Virus record (IMG/VR): IMGVR_UViG_3300045988_146009
Span: 4,816-68,815 of that record
Direction: 5' to 3' (one strand)
DNA length: 64,000 bases
From: a virus
Shown: positions 56,869-64,000 of the stretch, piece by piece
Numbering within the stretch: position 1 is the stretch's first letter
How the letters are laid out: the number at the start of each line of letters is the position of its first letter
Position numbers and translations under genes: made by a program
Notes under the pieces: model-generated
What the model was told of the DNA's origin: nothing
What the model saw: only the letters and a program-made list of their open reading frames with translations
Databases searched by the model: none

Positions 56869-57286
56869 TATGGAAACAGATTTATTTGATACCTATTTCT
56901 CTGGAAAGACCCTCAATCTTCGTGCCCTATATGAAGTGAGGAATGCTATTCGGCTTTCCCATTATGGAACCAAATCGGGATTCCATCACCTCAAGTACGA
57001 CAAGGTAACGAAGATTGTTGATGATTACCTGGACAAGTATGTTGAGGCCACCATCGGTCTCGATGGGACCACTGCGAACTTGGTGTACGAAGACCTGGAA
57101 ACGAACCCCTTTGGTACGATAAGTCCGAATAGTACGGAAAGAGCTAAGGAACAATTCGAAAACGCAATCACCTTCTTCAAGAAAACTCTGGAAGAACACA
57201 GTTCCCACCGTGTCCAGCGAACTATCATTGAGAGCTTTGAAGAGGATATGGAACCATACATTGGTGTAACTGACCAGTATGTCTAA
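56858..57286 (+). CDS. hypothetical protein
   Basis: 142-aa ORF. Confidence 0.45.
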   Translation: METNMETDLFDTYFSGKTLNLRALYEVRNAIRLSHYGTKSGFHHLKYDKVTKIVDDYLDKYVEATIGLDGTTANLVYEDLETNPFGTISPNSTERAKEQFENAITFFKKTLEEHSSHRVQRTIIESFEEDMEPYIGVTDQYV

Positions 57287-57782
57287 TATTGTCTATCCCC
57301 CTGCTAATGGAATTGGCATCTGCTCCAATACCCCTTCTCTAACTAAAAGCATCTTGAGGCATCATGTTCCCCAGCTAACCAAGAAAGCTCACAAGGAAGA
57401 AGATGCTTGGTTCTACATGTGGTACTACCGGGAAGGTCTTTACCTTCCTTTCGGCATTGCTCTTGAATCCATGAGGATTGGGATGGCCGCAAGGTTTGGT
57501 GGTATGGAACCGGGGTGGCTTGTCGTAACCACTGAAAAAGACGAAGATGAAGACGAGCCGGAAGCATGGGAAGGAAGGGAAGCTACGGGAGGAAAGGGAG
57601 ACGACTGGTGTTTCCGTTATATGATTCCCTGTGAGAATCCCCCTGCTGATACCCCAAGCTTCATAATCCAGGGCTTGAGGTATATCATCGAAGAGGAATC
57701 TGAATTTTTCCCCGACTACAAACACCTCATGGATTTAAAATGGGAGATTGCTGAATGCACTCCCTACAACCAAACACAATAA
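57279..57782 (+). CDS. hypothetical protein
   Basis: 167-aa ORF with an acidic stretch EKDEDEDEPEAWEG. Confidence 0.45.
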   Translation: MSNIVYPPANGIGICSNTPSLTKSILRHHVPQLTKKAHKEEDAWFYMWYYREGLYLPFGIALESMRIGMAARFGGMEPGWLVVTTEKDEDEDEPEAWEGREATGGKGDDWCFRYMIPCENPPADTPSFIIQGLRYIIEEESEFFPDYKHLMDLKWEIAECTPYNQTQ

Positions 57783-58586
57783 ATGACCTTATCTGAACTA
57801 ACAAAGCTTATTCAAAAGCACGTAGGCGTAACTGCTGATGGCATTTACGGGAAGAACACCGCCTCCGCTGTTATCCAGTCCCTTGGGATTGAGCAGGAGG
57901 AGCCCAAGGAAGAAGCTAAGGAATACCCTTCTGCGTATAGTCTTGAGCCAAAAGACATGAAGGATGATTGGGAACTACTGACCCAGTGCATGATTCTCAA
58001 TATCGTCAATTTGGAAGACCCCAAGTGCGTCGACCCGGAGACCATCCGAGTGACCAAGCTCCCCGCGGCGGACCGCGGTGGAGATTGGGAAGTAGCTGGA
58101 TTGAGCGATGGGTTTGAGCTGGGTATCGTAAACAACATCAGAAATCTTATCAACAAGGGAAACAAGATACAGGCATGGCATGAAATGATTCGGGCCATTG
58201 ATGGCAAGTCTTTATCTCCCAAAGTGGCTGATGTTATGAGGGCTCTGGATATTCCTGCTATCGAATACCGTTGCCGTTCCTTTGGATTTAATGCTGGATT
58301 GAGTGCGGCTATTAAGTGCCTACAGCGAGCCCTTGTATTTGTTTCAGGAATATCCATGGTGATTGATGGGAAGTGGGGACCGGACACACGTCAGTTCCTT
58401 GTCTCATACACCACCCTGGATTCCGAGAAGAAAAGACTCCTTGCACAATACAATCTTGAAATCCAGAAATACTATAAGTCCCTCAAGCAATACAAGGATG
58501 GGACCTTCGCTAAGGGTTGGACCCGGAGGTGGACAGAAGACGAGAGAGTTGCTAATAAATTTCTTGACTTAGGGCCTATTAAATAA
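57783..58586 (+). CDS. protein with two peptidoglycan-binding (PG_binding_1-like) repeats, endolysin candidate
   Basis: LTKLIQKHVGVTADGIYGKNTASAVIQ and IKCLQRALVFVSGISMVIDGKWGPDTRQFLVSY match the PG-binding repeat pattern. No catalytic domain recognised. Confidence 0.45.
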   Translation: MTLSELTKLIQKHVGVTADGIYGKNTASAVIQSLGIEQEEPKEEAKEYPSAYSLEPKDMKDDWELLTQCMILNIVNLEDPKCVDPETIRVTKLPAADRGGDWEVAGLSDGFELGIVNNIRNLINKGNKIQAWHEMIRAIDGKSLSPKVADVMRALDIPAIEYRCRSFGFNAGLSAAIKCLQRALVFVSGISMVIDGKWGPDTRQFLVSYTTLDSEKKRLLAQYNLEIQKYYKSLKQYKDGTFAKGWTRRWTEDERVANKFLDLGPIK

Positions 58587-58629
58587 TATATTGAGGGTAG
58601 CCAATTTCCCCTCCTTTCTCTACAACCAT

Positions 58630-58670
58630 GAGGGCGTACTCTAAACACTGGGTACGCCCTCATTTTGTTT
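58630..58670 (+). terminator. rho-independent terminator
   Basis: Stem GAGGGCGTAC / GTACGCCCTC, 12-nt loop, then ATTTTGTTT. Confidence 0.65.
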
Positions 58671-58683
58671 ACTCTTCTATGTT

Positions 58684-58980
58684 ATGTGTCAGTTCAATCT
58701 ATACACCCTAGCTCAGGCTAGTCCACAGGGTCTTTCCCTGTATGACAAAATACTTTCCGAGGCCACCCCGTTCGCGGCGGTTGTCCTCGTCGCTGTCGTA
58801 TTAGGTATCCGATTAGCATACAAGTATTTGTCTCAGCGTATGCAACAGACACTAAAGAAGGATGAACAGTTTATTGAATTGACAAAAGAATCTCTCAATG
58901 CTATACACGAAGTAGGGGAGGGCCTCAACAACCTTAATCGGAAACTGGATTACCTGCTCCGTTCCAAGCGTGAAAATTAA
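58684..58980 (+). CDS. single-TM protein with C-terminal coiled coil (holin/spanin-like candidate)
   Basis: ATPFAAVVLVAVVLGIRLAY TM segment followed by a charged helix. Adjacent to the PG-binding protein. Confidence 0.4.
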   Translation: MCQFNLYTLAQASPQGLSLYDKILSEATPFAAVVLVAVVLGIRLAYKYLSQRMQQTLKKDEQFIELTKESLNAIHEVGEGLNNLNRKLDYLLRSKREN

Positions 58981-58991
58981 CTCGACTCATT

Positions 58992-59480
58992 ATGAAATCA
59001 CTAATCTCCAAGGTTTTAAAACGCGAAAACGCTTTAACAGAAGCGGCTAGTAGCCTCGTTAGAAAATACAGAGAGGAGACCCATCAGATTCGGAATCGAG
59101 CAAGAACTTTTTGTGTCATCCCTTTTTGGAACATGCACAATCACATGGATATGCTAACCGAATTACCCCAAGGGGAATGGGTTACTGACAACTATGACAT
59201 TTCCATGTTCTATGTTGGAAGAGATAATCAGTCCACCAAGATTTTAATTAGGGCGGATGGAGACCTCCCACCTGTGTATACCGACAAACACACCCGAACT
59301 ATATGGGTGGTTGAAGGGGTTCTTATCGACACCGAGACAAAAAAGAAATACTGTCACAAAGATGTGTTGACCATTGGCAAGGGAGATGCTAAAAGATTAA
59401 CCCTACACGGAACCATTGCTGTAATTTTTGTACCACCTGTAGAAACCAAGACACGAGAAACAAATGGCCATACCATTTAA
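58992..59480 (+). CDS. hypothetical protein
   Basis: 162-aa ORF. Confidence 0.45.
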   Translation: MKSLISKVLKRENALTEAASSLVRKYREETHQIRNRARTFCVIPFWNMHNHMDMLTELPQGEWVTDNYDISMFYVGRDNQSTKILIRADGDLPPVYTDKHTRTIWVVEGVLIDTETKKKYCHKDVLTIGKGDAKRLTLHGTIAVIFVPPVETKTRETNGHTI

Positions 59481-62313
59481 CACCCCTGCTGTGAGACCCG
59501 GAGTTCCGTCTATTCCCATTAGCGCAACTGACCGGAATGCCCAGCCTTTCCAACACGAGACATCCCTTGGACTAGAACCAATTCTGTCTTTCCCCTATCC
59601 TATTCTCAAGAACTTAATGTTCTATGTGGACGAGATGGTCGAACCTAACTCTCTCCCCAAGAAGGAGATTGGAAGTCGATTTGTTCCCAAATCCGGTATT
59701 GGCGCAGGTCTTACCGATGGTATGAGGGCCGCTATTCTGACACATATTGAACCCGTAAAGACTTCCGACACGAAGATGATTTACAGGTTCTTCTATGTTG
59801 TTCCCCCTTCTGAACAGCACCTCTATAACATCCTGAGCATTAAGAAGGACAAGGATGGATTTACATTGAACTCCACAGCGAGTACGGGCAAGTTCTTTGA
59901 TGGGACCCAGGACGAGAACGAGCTCAAGACTTTCTATGAAATCCAGCGCACCTTTGTGTATCTCCGGAACGAAGTTCCCCCTGCTCCGGTAATTGGTAGT
60001 TTCGACCCGAGCAATGAAAGCACGGACCCCTCTGTTGCTGACTTTAGCCAGGACCATGCGTATCAATACTATGATGCCCAATTAGTCCATGAAGAACAGG
60101 TTCAGTTTGAAGAAGAATATCTGAACAAAGTTTTTGTACGTGTTGTTCGGATTTACAAAACCCTCCCTGGTCCCGTCGTAAAGGAACTCATTCCTATCTC
60201 GAACTGGACTTTGGGACAGACGGTATTTGAACAAGGCGGACCTGGAACTACTGGGGTATGGAAGGCTCAGAATGCCCAGCGTTGGAGCCGTGAAGTGTGG
60301 GCTTACCCCGAAGATAGCACCGCCCCTCGGACTGCTTTCATTCCTCACATGCCTCCAGAAAGTCTGACTGCAAACCCCTCCAATGATGGGTGGGATAAGG
60401 GCTCTTTCCCTGCTACGCAGATGTACACCTTGACGGGAATGATAAAGCAGTACAGTAATATGGTTCTGAGTTCCGCTTCGGAAAATGAATCCGGAGACTG
60501 TTGCAATCCTCCTTCCCAGTTCATTCGTTGCACTAATACCTCCAAGTCCTCTTCCCAAACGATTGACTGGACGGCTAATGGAGACCTGCCCCCTGTGAAT
60601 CCTCCCGGAAGTCAGTGTAGTAAATGGTCCACCTCTTCCGAGGTTATGGTTCGTGAATCCCATAGCAACAAGGAGACCGCTACTACGTGCGTGACCTATG
60701 ATACGGTTGGGCAACTGTGGGAGAGCCAAGTAGACCAGCTTACCGGAAACGTGTTCCCGGTCCCACGGACCCTTGTTCCCAATCCCACTACGGATTTCTA
60801 TGCCAACTACGAACAGGAGGGATACACCAAGGAGGTGGATGCTATAGGGAATACGTACTACGTGCGTAGGCCCAAAATGAGTGTTGTCCAGTCTCCCTAT
60901 ACTGTTCCGGATGATGTGTGGTCCAGCATCCCTTTCTCGGTAAATGATTTTACTGTTGAGCAGGATGGTGCATCCAGACCTGATTGGGCTATCCTTGGGA
61001 GCACTTCGATTCTTCAATCTCCGGGCCCATATGCGGGATATATGGGGGTGGACGTGTCCTATACTACTTCTCTTCCTTCTCAGGATACAAGATATTTTGT
61101 AGCCACCCTCAAGTACAATAACACGCGCCTGTGGGGAATGAGTTTTGCGAATGCCTATCCTGACTCTGCTCATGCTCCTGGAACTATTAATCTTACGTGG
61201 CAGTACACTGCACCGAACCCTACTGGTCCGTGGTTTTCTCAAGATGGAAACTATAAGCTGGTTGGGGAAATGTCCGCTATTACTACGCTGTGGGCGGAGG
61301 GTGCATCCTCAGGATGGAAGTTCCCAGTGGGTTTTGTGGAAAACATATACCAGAAGGTCCCCACTAGTTCTGAGGTGAATTTTACAACAAGCAATGCCCC
61401 CACAAATGTAAAGGTACTTCTTGATGTAAATACTCAAAATTTGAACTTCACCGTATGGCTCTCAGACCCAACTGGAAGTTCTACGACTGGTGGAACTTTT
61501 GAGTTACGTGTTAATGGTCAAGTAATTAAGACCATCTCTATCGTACTTAAAAAAACTTCTGGTGTTGTTCCTACCATGAGAATAACCCAGGGGAGTTATC
61601 AGGAGTACACTGTAGGTTCATACGTTGTCAAGGGAACTCTTCCTGATTCTATTGAGTTGGAATACGATAACGAAGTGTATAGATACATTCAGCTTTCCAG
61701 TCTTCTACTTCCTCTCAAAGATAACGTGTTCAAGGTAGAGCAGACGGCGGACGTACCTACTCTGGTAGTCCGTCAGTATGTAAATCCCTGCTTTGCTGTG
61801 GACTCCTACATGCAGATTCCCGGAGAGGGTTACTACAGGAAGTATACTTCCGTCGAGAACTTTTCCTTCCCCGGAGTATTGGGGGGATTCCAGATTTACC
61901 CCTGGAATACTCGCCCCGCTCTTAACGGACAACAGGGAGGAAAGTATTTCGTAAACTCAGCCATGTCCAAGAATGGATATAGTGGGCCCTGCACAGCTAT
62001 CATCGAAGAGTTGTTTAGCCCCAATGGGGTTCTTCCGGCATCCTGGAGTACAGGGGTTGATGTCCAGTATATCACCAACAGCGGGAGTTTTCAATCCCCC
62101 CTTGTAACTTGTAACTTCCCTTCATGCCTGCATCCTTCCATTACGGTTCAGGTAAGCGTTGGCAATAATGATGCTACATGGCTTCCTGGTGTAACCTCTT
62201 ACACATGGCCGAGAACTAATCACACTACCTGGAAACCAGTGACCATGGTTTATGTTCAACCTAGAGGCGTTGGCATTATCGCCCGTCGAGTAACTATTCA
62301 ACCCCCCGCTTAA
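59464..62313 (+). CDS. large structural protein (tail fibre / receptor-binding candidate)
   Basis: 949 aa. Trp/Thr/Ser/Pro-rich C-terminal half typical of beta-rich receptor-binding proteins. Confidence 0.5.
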   Translation: MAIPFNTPAVRPGVPSIPISATDRNAQPFQHETSLGLEPILSFPYPILKNLMFYVDEMVEPNSLPKKEIGSRFVPKSGIGAGLTDGMRAAILTHIEPVKTSDTKMIYRFFYVVPPSEQHLYNILSIKKDKDGFTLNSTASTGKFFDGTQDENELKTFYEIQRTFVYLRNEVPPAPVIGSFDPSNESTDPSVADFSQDHAYQYYDAQLVHEEQVQFEEEYLNKVFVRVVRIYKTLPGPVVKELIPISNWTLGQTVFEQGGPGTTGVWKAQNAQRWSREVWAYPEDSTAPRTAFIPHMPPESLTANPSNDGWDKGSFPATQMYTLTGMIKQYSNMVLSSASENESGDCCNPPSQFIRCTNTSKSSSQTIDWTANGDLPPVNPPGSQCSKWSTSSEVMVRESHSNKETATTCVTYDTVGQLWESQVDQLTGNVFPVPRTLVPNPTTDFYANYEQEGYTKEVDAIGNTYYVRRPKMSVVQSPYTVPDDVWSSIPFSVNDFTVEQDGASRPDWAILGSTSILQSPGPYAGYMGVDVSYTTSLPSQDTRYFVATLKYNNTRLWGMSFANAYPDSAHAPGTINLTWQYTAPNPTGPWFSQDGNYKLVGEMSAITTLWAEGASSGWKFPVGFVENIYQKVPTSSEVNFTTSNAPTNVKVLLDVNTQNLNFTVWLSDPTGSSTTGGTFELRVNGQVIKTISIVLKKTSGVVPTMRITQGSYQEYTVGSYVVKGTLPDSIELEYDNEVYRYIQLSSLLLPLKDNVFKVEQTADVPTLVVRQYVNPCFAVDSYMQIPGEGYYRKYTSVENFSFPGVLGGFQIYPWNTRPALNGQQGGKYFVNSAMSKNGYSGPCTAIIEELFSPNGVLPASWSTGVDVQYITNSGSFQSPLVTCNFPSCLHPSITVQVSVGNNDATWLPGVTSYTWPRTNHTTWKPVTMVYVQPRGVGIIARRVTIQPPA

Positions 62314-63051
62314 ATGGCAATCGCATCCTACATTAACCTCAAGTATGGGAACCTCCGTGACGAGCTAATGAAGCTCGTCATGGGGGACATCCCCACTGGT
62401 GCGGAATATGTTTTCCGCAGAATGTTGAAAGAGGCTCAGAACCTTCTTATCAACGAAGCAACCGTAGCCCCTGACTCAATCTCTCAAAGAACAGTAACTG
62501 TAGAGAAGTCAGGAGAGACATTCTCTCTATCAAATGGTGAACAATCTGTAGTCCAAGCAAGGACAGGTTCCGGGAGAACCTACACCATCGTGGACGTGTT
62601 CTCTTATACCCCTGTAACAAGCCGAAGCTCAGTAGGTTATCCCATACCATTACTTGTGGACCTGGGGTCTGATGAAAATGGTCTTCGTTCCTACAGAGTA
62701 TTGAATGGGGAACACGCTCGGCAAGTACCGGGAGGGCCCGGAGTGGCATCGGAAAACATAACCCTCTATTTACAAATTGCACAGGCTCCTCTCTCCGGAA
62801 ATATTTTTGATGACAATTATTGGACGAACGACCTTGTTGTTATCCCGAATTGCTATCCTGCTTTTAAATCTATGCTTCTGTATGTTAGGTTCATGGAGCT
62901 TGGAAATACCGCTCAAGCATTGGATTATTACAACATGGCAGTCAAAACGCTGAATGACCATCTCCGGAAGAACCGACAGGGAACTCTGATTACTCCCAAG
63001 ATTGTAAATAACTTGGGGCCTGGGCAAGCAAACCCCTTTATTCCTATGTAA
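62314..63051 (+). CDS. hypothetical protein
   Basis: 245 aa, the start abuts the upstream stop. Confidence 0.5.
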   Translation: MAIASYINLKYGNLRDELMKLVMGDIPTGAEYVFRRMLKEAQNLLINEATVAPDSISQRTVTVEKSGETFSLSNGEQSVVQARTGSGRTYTIVDVFSYTPVTSRSSVGYPIPLLVDLGSDENGLRSYRVLNGEHARQVPGGPGVASENITLYLQIAQAPLSGNIFDDNYWTNDLVVIPNCYPAFKSMLLYVRFMELGNTAQALDYYNMAVKTLNDHLRKNRQGTLITPKIVNNLGPGQANPFIPM

Positions 63052-63059
63052 TATAAGAC

Positions 63060-64000
63060 ATGGCTACTGAAAACATTACAAAGAAAGAAGACCCCGCCGC
63101 CGCGGCAAACGTGGCTACAGGAAAAAGAAATCGTGAGGCTGTGTTGAAGGACATCGCACCCGCTACCAATCCTAATGTCCCCATCCGACCCACGACAAAC
63201 AATGACCCAGGAAAACCCCTGTCTCCGGAACAGCAAGCTCCTATCGCTCAATCTAATTCTAACATGGGGATTCGTCAAGGTCTATCCTCTTCTCCTGCTG
63301 TTCCTACTCGGCCAGCGGGTTCCCCCAGCAGAGAACCTCTCAACCAAGCAAGCCAAGGAATAACTCCTGCTCCTGGGACAGCACCAGAAGATGAAGGAGA
63401 CAGGGACGTAATCATGACTATGGATAGAGCCACCCTGAATGAGTACCGAAGAAACACCAAACTCACCGAAGCTCAGAAAGCTATTGCCGATGAAGCCGCC
63501 TTCAAATTCATGGAAGGGTCTCACCCCCTCCAAAGCCAGCAGGATAAAGAACTTCTTTCCAGTGCTGTCAATCCTAATACTCCTGAATACGCGAGGCAAC
63601 AGCAACTTACATACCAGCAGGGTATTCAAAGGGCGGCCAGGGAGGGGCTGAGGCCAGGGGAGGTGGAAGCTCTTACCGGGTTTGACCAAGTAGTAACTCG
63701 CCAGAAGCCTTCCCCTCTCCCCACCATTCCTGGAACTTCTCCTATTACAGATACGATTCCTCCCCCGAGTACGGGACTTCCCAGCGACGAAGTGTTGCTA
63801 AGTGACCTAAGCGAACTAGTCAAAAAACAGGGGAAGGATATTGCTACCCTCAGCGAAGGGGCAAGGAATGAGATGTTTGCACAATACAAAGCCATGAGGA
63901 ATCGTCAGGCTCAAGCCGTTGAGAGGGGGAGGGGCACTACGCCCGCTACGCCCGCTACGCCCGCTACGCCCGCTACGCCCGCTACGCCCGCTACGCCCGC
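63060..64000 (+). CDS. Pro/Ala/Ser/Thr-rich protein, 3'-partial, ending in a (TPA)n repeat
   Basis: Open frame from the ATG at 63060 to the window edge. It is absent from the ORF track because it has no stop. The terminal 9-bp tandem ACGCCCGCT has at least 6 copies. Confidence 0.45.
   Translation, partial: MATENITKKEDPAAAANVATGKRNREAVLKDIAPATNPNVPIRPTTNNDPGKPLSPEQQAPIAQSNSNMGIRQGLSSSPAVPTRPAGSPSREPLNQASQGITPAPGTAPEDEGDRDVIMTMDRATLNEYRRNTKLTEAQKAIADEAAFKFMEGSHPLQSQQDKELLSSAVNPNTPEYARQQQLTYQQGIQRAAREGLRPGEVEALTGFDQVVTRQKPSPLPTIPGTSPITDTIPPPSTGLPSDEVLLSDLSELVKKQGKDIATLSEGARNEMFAQYKAMRNRQAQAVERGRGTTPATPATPATPATPATPATP
63945..64000 (+). repeat. 9-bp tandem repeat ACGCCCGCT (at least 6 copies, continuing past the window edge)
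   Basis: Directly visible at the window end. Confidence 0.9.

Noticed and set aside
1-64000. Integrase, excisionase, repressor or partition genes (temperate lifestyle), and a toxin-antitoxin or defence island
   Set aside because: No tyrosine or serine recombinase motifs, or ParA/ParB-like proteins, seen in any ORF. The gene content is consistent with a virulent phage.

Overview
This window reads as a contiguous 64-kb segment of a virulent tailed dsDNA phage genome. No integrase, tRNA, rRNA or CRISPR array was found. From the left it contains: (i) the 3' 5.5 kb of a giant (>1831 aa) virion-type protein gene with an N-terminal zincin-like HExxH (DUF4157-like) motif, followed by a Cys-rich gene and a bidirectional terminator; (ii) a leftward (minus-strand) block of about 33 small genes (6.3-21 kb) typical of a phage early / host-takeover region. 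This block includes a tandem array of at least 4 paralogous ~115-aa proteins, a DUF3310-like protein, a GNAT acetyltransferase, secreted and membrane mini-proteins, a free-standing HNH endonuclease, and a reiterated ~90-bp promoter-like cassette ending in the motif GTATGACACA; (iii) a 2.4-kb non-coding control region (21.0-23.46 kb) with iterons, palindromes, a GC-rich structured island, an extremely AT-rich tract and a polypyrimidine tract, interpreted as origin plus divergent promoters; (iv) a rightward replication / recombination module: AEP-like primase fused to an SF3/D5-like helicase, a cluster of 5-6 zinc-ribbon mini-proteins, family-A DNA polymerase, a second AT-rich free-standing HNH endonuclease, SNF2 helicase, Cas4/RecB-like Fe-S nuclease and RuvC-like resolvase; (v) packaging and morphogenesis: large terminase, portal, scaffold, major capsid protein (strong codon bias, followed by a terminator), duplicated beta-rich decoration/tail proteins and a 689-aa fibre-like protein; (vi) flavin-dependent thymidylate synthase ThyX next to a SprT-like zinc metalloprotease, then a block of unknown genes; (vii) a peptidoglycan-binding protein plus a TM protein (lysis candidates), a 949-aa structural protein and a 3'-truncated gene ending in a TPA-encoding 9-bp tandem repeat. 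Essentially no gene has a Shine-Dalgarno sequence, which points to a Bacteroidota-like host (inference). All functional calls come from motifs I can see in the translations, so they are hypotheses to be confirmed by HMM or structure searches.
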